Part shown: one piece after another, positions 50,501 through 59,360 of the stretch | Layout: every line of letters starts with the position of its first letter | Position numbering within the stretch: position 1 is the stretch's first letter | Assembly (NCBI GenBank): GCA_964291295.2 | Contig: OZ219754.1 | Location: forward strand, 1,664,001-1,728,000 | Direction: 5' to 3' | DNA: 64,000 bases | Source of the DNA: an uncultured Candidatus Binatia bacterium | GTDB taxonomy: Bacteria; Desulfobacterota; Binatia; UBA9968; JAJDTQ01 | Translations under genes and position numbers: made by a program | Notes under the pieces: generated by a model | Seen by the model: the letters and a program-made list of their open reading frames with translations, nothing else | What the model was told of the DNA's origin: nothing | The model's database searches: none

Positions 50501-51170
50501 CGGTGACCGGCAGGACAGTGCCTGAATCGGATTGCAGTCCTACAAGATCTCCAACCTTGAACCGTGCCGTCGCGGCTTTCGGTGTGGTGGCGGTTATCTC
50601 GGGGCCGTCGGGTTTCACGGCCTGCTCGGCGGTATGGGTCGGGTCGCCTGAAGGATTCGGGTCGCCTGTGGATTTCGGAGCGGAGTCGGACGGAGTCGCG
50701 AGGTCGGTGAGGGCCTCTCTTTTGGCCGTTTCCACCACGGCGACAGATTCAGGCGATGCACCAAGCATGTCGAGAACCCGGGCCAAGGTGTCGGCATCGC
50801 GGTAGATGTCCTCCGCCGGAACCGGCGAGGCCGACAAGTGCGCCCACCGGTTGCGAACGGACTGCAATTCGCGAACCCAGCTGCGCCCCTCGCGCGGCCA
50901 GGCGAGCGCCGAGGAAAGCTCGTACCAATTCTGGTCGAGGATGCGCAGCAGCGCGGCAAGATCCAGTTGTTCCAGCTTGGTGAGTCCGCGTTCCTCCACG
51001 GCGCGCTGCTGCTGGAAGCTCAGGCGGTCCACGACCTTTTTTTGCCACCACTCCGCGCCAAGGGTGGGCAGATGTCTTGCAAGGGCGGATGCAAGCTCGA
51101 TCGTTGCGGTGTGAATCATATCATGCATGAAGGAGGGGGGTGGCTTCGCCGAATCGTGGTCCGGAATCAT
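47514..51170 (-). CDS. Swt1-like HEPN domain + RapA/DrmD-like SNF2 helicase
   Basis: N-terminal WW...LDLAALLRIL..NW...RNRWAH (RxxxxH); ADEVGVGKT, DEAHH, TATP, GGEGLDFQ, WNPMRIEQRIGRIDR. Confidence 0.9.
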   Translation of the reverse strand: MIPDHDSAKPPPSFMHDMIHTATIELASALARHLPTLGAEWWQKKVVDRLSFQQQRAVEERGLTKLEQLDLAALLRILDQNWYELSSALAWPREGRSWVRELQSVRNRWAHLSASPVPAEDIYRDADTLARVLDMLGASPESVAVVETAKREALTDLATPSDSAPKSTGDPNPSGDPTHTAEQAVKPDGPEITATTPKAATARFKVGDLVGLQSDSGTVLPVTAVMPGDAETRYQVFQDGRQTTYYESQLRPVEPADERSPVSAENLRAYLTGLHLRSPSTANLYSLRSGRVHFVPYQYRPVLRLIRADRPRLLIADEVGVGKTIEAGLIVKELQARTDVSSVLVMCPKALVTERKWFLEMKRFDEHFEALDGRTLRHCLRETGLEGEWPDRYAKAIVPFSLFDSELLFGKEGKRARAGTGLLALDPPPRFDLVIVDEAHHIRNAETYLHQAVRYFCDNAEAAVFLTATPLQLGSPDLFTLLNVLRPDLIIDRPSFEQMAAPNGSINAAIGHCRTGGDRWQEKARECLKVAAQTEWGRLFLRESPAFQDLHDRLAEQRIDDTSRIRIIRSLEELYTFSPIINRTRRRDIGEFATRQPKTLTIEFTPAQRRLHDDLLDVVARILARAHGEQNVKFMMTTIRRQAASCLYGLAPLLRDTLAGQLDSLEAMDGIDGEPHVDAAFLAEIRDDIQALLEKADDLDSVDPKGQAFLGVLRDKERMDNNKALVFSTFRHTLAYVEKHVASAGLRYGLVHGGVGDEDRSELRRRFALPKDDPDALDVLLSSEVGGEGLDFQFCDLLINYDLPWNPMRIEQRIGRIDRYGQQSESVAILNLVTPGTVDADIYERCLLRIGVFHHAVGGSEEILGEIAQEIHNIADSFTLTPEQRAERLQQLGDNTIRQVQEETALENRQAELFGLTVPNSSWRKDIAEAESFWLSPEALQRCVTAYLSSVAETDGGFLLGDKPLKTLRLGQKVRARLLEDFRRQPRSTDPVARQWEKWLKGADPLLPVTFDQRIATAEPKAIYLHVLHPLVRQAARHLECPETVRVRLVAATAVVPPGEYPFAVYQWHKAGIRSDDTLVAVASDPELDDVVLSLLETAADAPAGLPPEEGEIDRLDKRHHDAWRWARANHMAENRELVQHRSQSLDTSHRARCRLLEDQIENATNDRIRRMKEGELARARHDYDRRIADLERLAENADIHATLIVAGLLRTTREDVA

Positions 51171-51484
51171 GATCGTGATCCTGGATCATGGGTGGCCTGC
51201 ATGCGCGTCTGTTGGCGTTGCGCCTGTGCAAGCTCGTAGCTTGTCTGCATGCGCATCCAGTGCTCGACGGTGCCCCAGCCGATGTCCTCCAACGCCAGTG
51301 CCATCTTCGCCGACACCCCCGCTTTGCCGTTCGGCAGGCGCGAGAGGGTCACGCGCTCGCAGCCGAGCCGGGTGGCGGTTACGGTCACGTTCCAGCCCGC
51401 TTTGTCAATGCTCTCGCGGATCAATTCGCCCAAGTGCGGCGGATGCGGCATCGGTGCGACGCGCTCGTTCGCCTTGTCGTGCAT
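51167..51484 (-). CDS. higA: HigA family antitoxin / Xre regulator (orphan)
   Basis: PPHLGELIRE...TATRLGCERVTLSRL.NGKAGVSAKMALAL...WMRMQ..YEL; ATGA overlap with the HEPN-SNF2 gene. Confidence 0.88.
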   Translation of the reverse strand: MHDKANERVAPMPHPPHLGELIRESIDKAGWNVTVTATRLGCERVTLSRLPNGKAGVSAKMALALEDIGWGTVEHWMRMQTSYELAQAQRQQTRMQATHDPGSRS

Positions 51485-51521
51485 GATCGGAGCTTCCCTT
51501 CGCTCAATGGCGGTCGATCAA

Positions 51522-51569
51522 GTTTCACTGTAGCGGATAAGGTTATACGGCGAACGTGAAACGACGCAA
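51522..51569 (-). promoter_or_regulatory. candidate higA promoter/operator
   Basis: Minus-strand TTGCGT-N16-TATAAC, with inverted repeat gtttcac...gtgaaac (51522-51562). Confidence 0.35.
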
Positions 51570-51747
51570 ACCGCGGCCATACCCCCGTCATGTCTGGCGG
51601 CAACTCCGCGAAGAGCGATACCGTGCGCACTGTCCAACCCGGCGCTGCGGAACCCTGCGCGGTCAGATGCCGTCCTGCGGGAACATGCGCAGTCAGATGC
51701 CATCCTGCGTGGACCGTGTCGGTGCATGTACGGTGCCCGGATGCGGT

Positions 51748-53199
51748 TCACACTTCCACGATGGGTTGGCCGATGATCCACAGGCTGAAGACCGTGTAGC
51801 CGACCATCAGAAGCAGCATGGGGAGTTGTGACGCGACGGCCGCGCTCCCGGGGTGTGCACGGTTGGCCGCCCGATGGGTGAGCCACACGGCGAGGACATG
51901 GCCGGCCACGATGACGAAGAGCGAGAACAGCCACAGAAACCGGGCGTCCACCACCGTCGGGTCCGGTGTGGTGCCGGCGGTGCCGAAGAGATCCCAGCCC
52001 ATCCCGAACGGGTCGGAGAGGTGCCCGTAGAGGCGCTGGCCTTCGATCACCAGCAACACCAGATAGTGAGCCAGGTGATAGGCGACGGCAATGGGTACGA
52101 GGGAGAGCACCTGCGTGGAGGCGATCTCCCTCGCGCTGCGTGGAAGGCCCTGCCGGCGTTTCTCCAGGCATGCCGTCAGCTTGCAGGTTCCCGCGAACAG
52201 GGCCATGAAACAGACGGGGGCCATGACGAGCCCGGTGGTGAAGATCAGGGTGCGTGCGCCGGTGTTGCCCAGGGAATGGGTCCAGCCGAGGTCGTACAGG
52301 CCGTGGGACGCCGTGGCGTAAAGCCGCGCCCACCCGGGTGTGTGGAGAAAGCCGTCGAAGCTCACGGTGGCCAGCAGCGTAACCACCAGCACCATCATGG
52401 AGACCGATACCTTTTCGCCGTCCGCCAACCCGGAGCCGTAGTGCCGCAGCACGAGGCTTCCCTCGGAGGTGCGGGCCAGGGGAGCGAAGCGGCCGAACAG
52501 TGCGAAGATGATGGAGAACGTCTCGCCGCACTTCAGCCACGGCTTGACGCCGTACCGGGCCATGCCGGCCCAGGTGATGGAGCTGTAGACCAGGATGGCG
52601 GTCGCCAGGCCCGCCGGCGCCGTGTTGTCCGGCCACACCAGTTCGGCCCAGGCAAAGCACACGTAGAGGAACACCGCCGGCCACACGCCTGTCCACGGCG
52701 GCAACGGGCGGACGGGCCGTCGTCGCCCGGGCAGGAGCGCAGGTGCGGCGGCCCACGGGTTCACCGCCAGCCAGACGTTGCCGGCGAGGGCGCATACGAA
52801 GCCCAGGCCCACCCACCAGGCCACCCAGACGAACGCCGGCAGGATATTCGCCAGCGGATCCTCCTGGGTGCCGAGCCATCCCGCAGCCATCAGGAAGACG
52901 AAAGCGAGCACGGAGAAGATGGCCAGCCCACTTCGGAACCTGTCGTTGCCCACCAGCCGCCCGGCCCACGTCCGGGAGATGTCGAGGCTTCAGGGCGGCT
53001 CGGACGCGGTCTCTCTGGATGCGGCCTTCCTGGAGAGGGCCACCAGCACGATGAAGGTCAAGGCAACCACGAGCCCGGCGCCGGTGAGATAGTACCAGAG
53101 GGGCACGGGCAGGTCGTAGCGCTGGACCATGGCGTGGCCCCAGGCGGTGTCCGGAAGGGCGAACTGGATGCCGAGCCCCGGGAGAGCGGTCCGGCTCAC
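51748..53199 (-). pseudogene. polytopic membrane protein (FedB/fenitrothion-hydrolase-annotated family) with in-frame TGA at 52990-52992
   Basis: HAMVQRYDLPVPLWYY N-terminus is in frame with the downstream 401-aa ORF (SLVPIAVAYHLAHY, SDPFGMGWDLFGT, GHVLAV); start approximate. Confidence 0.7.
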
Positions 53200-53345
53200 G
53201 GTCAGCCTGCCGGTCCGGGACGCCGGTCGGTTCAGCGGGACGTGTCGCGCATGCGTCTCCTGTGCGTTCGTGTCCGCGCACGTGTCCTGCGCCTCCACGT
53301 CATGCCTGCGGCATGTGTTGCCGGCACCAACCGGGCCGGTGCCTC

Positions 53346-54371
53346 TCACCGGCACACCATGTCCGTCCACACCACTTGGTGGTGCGTGGTTCCGCTGCTG
53401 CCGCCTTGCCGGACGCCGCCGCCGGGCAGGTGGATCCAGCCGTTCAGGTAGACCAGCCCGGTGACGCCGTGGACCGGGATCGGCATGTCGGCGAGTCGCG
53501 TCCAGGTGTCGGTCCCGGGGTTGTAGACCTCGTGGTGCGGGAACACGCCCGTGGCGCCCGCCGACGGATGCTCCCCGCCGAAAGTGTGGAAGCAGCCGTT
53601 CACGGCGATGCCGTTGAGACCGCCCCGGGCTTCGGACATGGGCCGCCGCGTGGCCCACTGGCGGGTGGCGGGGTCGTAGACCTCCAGGGCCGGGGTGATC
53701 TCGCTGCGGAAGCCGCCGCCGAACCGCCCGCCCGCCACGTAAAGCTTTCCGCCGATGGCCGCCGCCGCCATGTGGTTGCGCGCGGTGGGCAGATCGGGCA
53801 GCACGGTCCACTTGTCGGCCCCGGGATCGTACGCGGCAAAATCATGGCCCCGCGGCGGCCGTCCCCCGGCCACGTAGATCTTGCCGTCGATGACGTCATG
53901 GGCCATGGCGCTGCGCGCGGTGGGCATCGGCGTCCGCGGCGTCCATTTCCGGGTCTTGGGGTCATAGGCATGCACCGCGTCGGTGTAGCGGGACCGCTCC
54001 CTGCGTCCGCCGGCATTGGTCTGGCCGCCGATGACGTAGAGCCCACCGCCGAAGGCCACCGCGGAGGCGTGGTTGATGGTGGTGGGGTAGGGCGTGGTGA
54101 GTGTCCAGGTGTCCGTTGCCACATCGTAGACCTGTACGGTGTCGACACTCTGCCGCGTGGACGGGTAGCCGCCCACCACATAGATCCTGCCGTCAAGGTA
54201 GGCTACCGCCATTTCCGAGTTGGGCTCCGCCAACTCGGCGCGCTTGTCCCACCTGGTGACGGGCCGGGTCTCCGCGGCCGGAACGGCGAAACCCGCCGGC
54301 ACGGCGAAAACGCCCAGGATCGTCACGATACCGAATTTCCGGAGAAAACACCGTGCTGCCGTATGCGACAT
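53346..54371 (-). CDS. secreted Kelch-repeat protein
   Basis: Signal peptide plus six Kelch repeats (IYVVGG...VYD...W). Confidence 0.9.
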   Translation of the reverse strand: MSHTAARCFLRKFGIVTILGVFAVPAGFAVPAAETRPVTRWDKRAELAEPNSEMAVAYLDGRIYVVGGYPSTRQSVDTVQVYDVATDTWTLTTPYPTTINHASAVAFGGGLYVIGGQTNAGGRRERSRYTDAVHAYDPKTRKWTPRTPMPTARSAMAHDVIDGKIYVAGGRPPRGHDFAAYDPGADKWTVLPDLPTARNHMAAAAIGGKLYVAGGRFGGGFRSEITPALEVYDPATRQWATRRPMSEARGGLNGIAVNGCFHTFGGEHPSAGATGVFPHHEVYNPGTDTWTRLADMPIPVHGVTGLVYLNGWIHLPGGGVRQGGSSGTTHHQVVWTDMVCR

Positions 54372-54454
54372 TGCGCACCTCCCTTCGGGCAAACCATGCA
54401 CCACGGCGTTCCCGATTGACAAACCGTCCCGGAGACAATAGAGCGGAATCGAAC

Positions 54455-54628
54455 CCAGAATCGGCACCGAGACCAACACCAGGATCGGCACCGAGACCGA
54501 AACCAGGATCGGCACCGAAACCAACACCGAAACCGGCACCAACACCAGAACCAACACCAACACCGACACGCGATGCACTCATACTCTCACTCTCTCTCGC
54601 ACCCACACTCACACCTACACTCACACCC
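54455..54628. repeat. hexamer-based imperfect tandem repeats (24-bp caggatcggcaccgagaccaacac units) plus CA/CT-rich tract
   Basis: Seen directly in the divergent intergenic region. Confidence 0.8.
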
Positions 54629-54648
54629 GGAACCAGGAGGCGGACATC

Positions 54649-55695
54649 ATGGGTAACATGACCTGTGTCGACACGGATGGCCACGTCCTCGAACGGCAGG
54701 GGGACATTCGCAAGTATCTGGAGGCGCCCTGGAACCAGCGCCCCACGCCGCTCTGGCCGGGAGACCAGCCTTGGGATCCGAATCTGTTCAACGGTTTCAA
54801 GATGGCCGTGAACTGGGAAGGGCTGGCGCCCGAGGAGCAGGTGCGGCGCTGGCATACGCTCATGGACAAGCAGGACATGGAAGTGGCCATCTGCTTTCCC
54901 ACGGGTTCGGGCAACATCGCCAAGAACCAGGAGGTGCCCTACCAGGTGGCCGTGGCCAAGGCCGCGAACACGCATTTCGCCAGGGAGTACAATGCGCTGT
55001 CGAACCGCCTGAGCTGCGTCGGCGTGCTGCCCATGAGGGCGCCGGCGGAGGCCGCCCGGGAGCTTCGGCGCGCGGTCAACGAACTGGGACTCAAGGGTTT
55101 CGAGATTCTGCCCACCGGCCTGCCCGTTGCTCTCGGCGACAGCTTTTACGATCCCATCTACAAGGCGGCCGAGGAGGAGGGCGTGGTGCTGGGCATCCAC
55201 GGCACCCGCAACACCTCCCGGGAACTCGGCGCCTCGACCCTCAGCACATTCGCCGAGGTCCACTCCTACGCCTTCACCGCCGGCATCCTGCTGCAGTTCA
55301 CCAGCATGGTCTGCCAGGGTGTCACGGAGCGGTTCCCGAAGCTCAAGCTGGCCTTCCTGGAGATCGGCGCCACCTGGCTGCCCTACTACATGGACCGGCT
55401 CGACGAACATTGGGAGAAGCGCGGTGCCCACGAGATGCCGCTCTTGAAGCGGAAGCCCAGCGACGCCGTACGGGAGTCCAATCTGTACTTCAGCCTTGAG
55501 TCCGGCGAGTCCCAGTTGGCCGCCACGGTGGACTACATGGGCAGCGGCCACTTCGTCTACGCCTCCGACATCCCGCACTGGGACAACGAGTTCCCCGAGA
55601 ATCTGCACCATCTCAGGAACCACCCGGACCTGTCGGACGAGACAAGGGAGAAGATCCTCCGGACCAACGCCAGGCAGCTGTTCGATCTGGATTAG
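54649..55695 (+). CDS. amidohydrolase_2 family protein
   Basis: DTDGH, IHG, FLEIG, ASDIPHWD; AGGAGG RBS. Confidence 0.9.
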   Translation: MGNMTCVDTDGHVLERQGDIRKYLEAPWNQRPTPLWPGDQPWDPNLFNGFKMAVNWEGLAPEEQVRRWHTLMDKQDMEVAICFPTGSGNIAKNQEVPYQVAVAKAANTHFAREYNALSNRLSCVGVLPMRAPAEAARELRRAVNELGLKGFEILPTGLPVALGDSFYDPIYKAAEEEGVVLGIHGTRNTSRELGASTLSTFAEVHSYAFTAGILLQFTSMVCQGVTERFPKLKLAFLEIGATWLPYYMDRLDEHWEKRGAHEMPLLKRKPSDAVRESNLYFSLESGESQLAATVDYMGSGHFVYASDIPHWDNEFPENLHHLRNHPDLSDETREKILRTNARQLFDLD

Positions 55696-55894
55696 CGAAG
55701 AATGGTTCGCGAAGCATGGTGATGGGGAAGCGACGCGGCCTGCGGGGGCCACCGGCCGGTCGCCCCCGCAGGCCGCGGACGACCCGCTCGGCAGTTGAAG
55801 CTCCTCTTCAGCGCCGCCGGTTCGGCAGCTTGGCGGAGCGGGGCGAGTCTGGCGAGTCAAGTCGGGGTGCGGTCCGGTGGAGGACAGGAGACCC

Positions 55895-57097
55895 ATGGCA
55901 ACCCTGAAGATGCAATACGGCGTCATCTCCGCGGATGACCACATCCAGGAAGCTCCCGATGTCTGGACCAACAGGATGTCGAAGGCCAGATTCGGCGACG
56001 ACATCCCCCATATCGTGGAGTTGCCGGACGGCACCCAGACCTGGTCCCTGGGCGGCGAAACCAGGGGATTCGGCGGCCTCGCCCGGGTGTCCGGCGTGAA
56101 CCCGAACGTGAGGAGGTGGGAGGATGTGCCCCGCTCGACCTACGTGCTTTCGGAGCGCCTGAAGGTGCTGGACCAGGAGCAGCTGGATGCCTCGGTGCTC
56201 TTCCCCAACATCATCGGCATCACCAACCAGAACTTCCAGAAGGAGGGCAGCGAGGCATTCCGGCTGGCCTGCATCCGGGCCTACAACGACTGGCTCATCG
56301 AAGAGTGGCAGGACTGCACACCCCGGTTCATCGCCCAATGCGTGGCCCCCATGTGGGACGTGGACCTGTGCGTGGCGGAGATACACCGCGCCGCAAGGCG
56401 CGGCCACAAGGCGCTGGTGTGGCACGGCGCCCCTCACATCCTCGGACTCCGGCACTTCAACGACCCCTACTGGTACCCGGTCTATCAGGCATGCTGCGAC
56501 CTGGACGTGCCCATCTGCCTGCACTCCACCGCGCTGCCCGCCCTGCCGCCCTGGGACTCCCTGGAGAAGAGTGCGCGCTTCGCCCTGGGTGTGTCCATGA
56601 CCTTCGTGAGCCACATGGAAATCGTCTCCAACATTCTCTATTCGGGCGTGTTCGAGAAGTTCCCCGGGCTCAAGACCATCAGCGTCGAGAGCGGTGTGGG
56701 CTGGCTGCCCTACCTGCTGGAGGAGTTGGACCACGAGTTCGAGGAGCGCCGTGTAGCCGAGCACACCACCCTGACCCGTAAACCGGGCGATGTCTTCCGG
56801 AGCAACATGTGGGCTACCTTCTGGCACGAGCGCCACGGCATCCGCAGCCGCGATGCCATCGGCGTGGACAGGATCATGTATTCGGTGGACTATCCTCACG
56901 GCACCACCACTTGGCCCGCGTCGGTGTGGTGCCGGACCCACTCGCTGCAGGATGTGGAGTCCGTGGAGGAGCGCAAGAAGATCCTGATGGACAATGCCGT
57001 CGGCCTCTACGGGCTCGACGTGGACGAATCCGGCATCAGCCAACCCCTTTACGAGCCGGGCCCCATCACCGTCGGACCTCGCCCCGAAGTGGCATAG
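55895..57097 (+). CDS. amidohydrolase_2 family protein
   Basis: ISADDHIQE, CLH, VESGVGW, SVDYPH. Confidence 0.9.
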   Translation: MATLKMQYGVISADDHIQEAPDVWTNRMSKARFGDDIPHIVELPDGTQTWSLGGETRGFGGLARVSGVNPNVRRWEDVPRSTYVLSERLKVLDQEQLDASVLFPNIIGITNQNFQKEGSEAFRLACIRAYNDWLIEEWQDCTPRFIAQCVAPMWDVDLCVAEIHRAARRGHKALVWHGAPHILGLRHFNDPYWYPVYQACCDLDVPICLHSTALPALPPWDSLEKSARFALGVSMTFVSHMEIVSNILYSGVFEKFPGLKTISVESGVGWLPYLLEELDHEFEERRVAEHTTLTRKPGDVFRSNMWATFWHERHGIRSRDAIGVDRIMYSVDYPHGTTTWPASVWCRTHSLQDVESVEERKKILMDNAVGLYGLDVDESGISQPLYEPGPITVGPRPEVA

Positions 57098-57173
57098 GCG
57101 TGTGCGGCGCCGCCGGGCAGCGGAAACCCGGCAGAGTCGTCTGCCGGCCCCCGCGCACCCCGGCCGGTCACGG

Positions 57174-57605
57174 TCACGAGCCGCCGGCGTCGGCGTCGGC
57201 GTCGCCGTAGGTCATCAGCTCGATGAGATTGTCGTCGGGGTCGCGGAAGTACAGGCTGATGCCCGTGCCCTGCGAGCCGGTGCGGGCCACGGGTCCGGAG
57301 ATCACGGCAACGCCGGCCTGCCGCAGGAAATCCCGGGCCTCTCGCACCGTTCCCTCCCAGCGCAGGCAGAAGTCGGCGCCACCGGTGGCGTAGTTGGGCG
57401 CGTGCGTCGGGCTTTCGGTCGCGTAGCGATCCACCCCATACAGGTTCAGTTTTTGCGTCTCGCTGATGCGGATGATGGGACGCGGGCCACGTCCGCCGGG
57501 ACGCTCCTGCCAGCCCGCGTCGAGGCCGAGCCTGCGGTAGAAGGCGAAGGTCTCTTCCAGGTCCTTGACCACCAGAACCCAATGATCGATGGCTGCGATG
57601 CCCAT
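57174..57605 (-). CDS. VOC family protein (glyoxalase-like)
   Basis: IDHWVLVV..LEETFAFY, QKLNL, ADFC, SLYFRDPDDNLIEL. Confidence 0.9.
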   Translation of the reverse strand: MGIAAIDHWVLVVKDLEETFAFYRRLGLDAGWQERPGGRGPRPIIRISETQKLNLYGVDRYATESPTHAPNYATGGADFCLRWEGTVREARDFLRQAGVAVISGPVARTGSQGTGISLYFRDPDDNLIELMTYGDADADAGGS

Positions 57606-58260
57606 GGTTCGTCCTCGTTGAATCGGTGCCGATACGTTCCGATACGCTGATGGTCCCGGATCCCTCGTTGCAGGCCCCGGGTGGCGGATTGACGGGACAC
57701 GACAGTAGGCGAACCGCACCCGGATGGCAAGGGAGGGAGCAAGGAACGGAGGGCGCAAGGAACGAATCAAGGGACGGAGACCCGTGCGGGAAGCGGCTCC
57801 CAGCGCAGTGCCACACATGCCCGCGGGTCGTGGACCTGATGCCGCGAAACCTGTCCTTCCTGTTGCCGGGCGTGCATGGGCCTCTCGCCGGACGCCATCC
57901 CCGGCCCCGCGGGCCTCGCCGTCCTCCTGCCTCACGCTCTGCCGTTCATGTTTATGCCATTCACGTTTGTGCCGTTCGCGCTTGATCCGGACACCCTGGA
58001 TGCTTTGCGGTCGTGCTCCGGCTCATCCCGGCAACGAGCCCGAAGGTGTGGTGGCCGGTCCGCGTGCCGCGCTGGCCGGGGGGCCAGGAGTCTGCGCCGC
58101 AGGACGCTTCGGCAGGTAACTGGTGGGAGTGCATATCCAAATTTTCGTCCAAAATGCCAGAAACGTGTAGCCTTGTCCCATTATTGGACACGAATCGGGC
58201 ACCAAGTGGGACTCTGGTGGATCTCTGTCCCACGAAAACTCTCTGCGGCGCACGCTCCAG

Positions 58261-58357
58261 GGAAGGTCTGAACAACCCCGAATTGCTGGGGCTGAATCAA
58301 TACCATCAGCAGGTTGCGAGGGGCACAGTGTCGCACCACGCCCTGTTCAGACCTTCC
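58261..58357. mobile_element. IS5-family-like MITE, copy 2 (97 bp)
   Basis: TIRs ggaaggtctgaaca / tgttcagaccttcc (14/14); internal sequence homologous to 11501-11599. Confidence 0.8.
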
Positions 58358-58373
58358 CCGGGGCGCGCCGGGC

Positions 58374-59258
58374 TCACCGCCTCTGACTGGCGATGAACCC
58401 CCTCAGCACCTCGTTGAATTCCCTCGGGTGTTCGCGGAAGGAGAAGTGGCCGGCCTCGTTGAGGATGTGCATGCGCGTGCGCCGCGCACGCATGCACAAC
58501 AGCTCGAACAGGCGCATTCCCTGCGCCAGCGTGGCGGTCGGGTCGTTGTAGCCCCACACCAGCAGCGTGGGCTTCTGCAGGCCGCGCTCCCGGATCCAGC
58601 CCAGGGTCTCCTCCTTCTCGATGGCGTGGCGGGTCAGGAACAGGCTCTTCCGCAGGCCCCGGGTGATCATCTTCTCGACACTCTCCCGGTATTTCGGCAG
58701 TTGCGCCACCCCGGTCAACGCGTCGAGCCAGTCGCCGGTGATGTGGGCGCCGCCGCGGGAGTAACGCTCCAGCACCCACCGCTGGCTTTCCCGGGAGAGG
58801 CGTGGTTCGGGGGTGTCGGCAAAGACGATGTGGTTCCGGCCAAAGCCCGGGGCCAGGGTGTTGGTGTCGATGGGGATGCACGACTTCACGAGGTCCGGCC
58901 GTTCCAGGGTCATGCGGGCCGCCGCGTAGGCGCCGCGGGAGTGGCCCACCACGTGCACGTCGCCGAGCCCCAGGGCTTCGAGAAAGCCGATGGCGTGGCG
59001 TACGCTGGCGGCCATGGTGTAGTCGTCATCGCTCGCCGGGTTGTCGGTGAGACCCTGCCCCAGCCTGTCGAAGGCATGGACATGGAACCACCGGGCAAGG
59101 GCGTCGAAATTGAGAGCCCAGTCCGGGCTGCAGTCGGCGGCGTCATTGGATCCGAAGACGCCGCCGTGGATCAGCAGGAGATTCTCGCCGCTGCCCTTCT
59201 CGAAGTAGCGCGTTCGGATGCCGTCCACATCCACGAACTTCTCATCTGCGGTTTGCAT
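58374..59258 (-). CDS. alpha/beta hydrolase (meta-cleavage-product hydrolase-like)
   Basis: IHGG, GHSRG nucleophile elbow, WGYND, AGHF. Confidence 0.88.
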   Translation of the reverse strand: MQTADEKFVDVDGIRTRYFEKGSGENLLLIHGGVFGSNDAADCSPDWALNFDALARWFHVHAFDRLGQGLTDNPASDDDYTMAASVRHAIGFLEALGLGDVHVVGHSRGAYAAARMTLERPDLVKSCIPIDTNTLAPGFGRNHIVFADTPEPRLSRESQRWVLERYSRGGAHITGDWLDALTGVAQLPKYRESVEKMITRGLRKSLFLTRHAIEKEETLGWIRERGLQKPTLLVWGYNDPTATLAQGMRLFELLCMRARRTRMHILNEAGHFSFREHPREFNEVLRGFIASQRR

Positions 59259-59360
59259 CGGACGTCCTCCGGGCTCCCGGCCCCGCGGGTGCGGCACCGC
59301 ATGCGGTGCACGGTGCAACTTGCCAAGCGTGGATTTGCAAAACAGTACCGGAGAACGATA

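Noticed and set aside
47514-51170. Calling the SNF2 gene DISARM drmD or housekeeping rapA
   Set aside because: No drmABC or methylase adjacent; the HEPN N-terminus and GHKL partner fit neither.
39523-51500. tRNA-Val as the integration site of the downstream defence island
   Set aside because: No integrase and no duplicated tRNA 3' end found by eye; ordinary genes lie between.
54372-54578. Val/Leu-rich N-terminal extension of the Kelch ORF
   Set aside because: Translation of the intergenic repeat; the real start at 54371 has a GGAGG RBS and a signal peptide.
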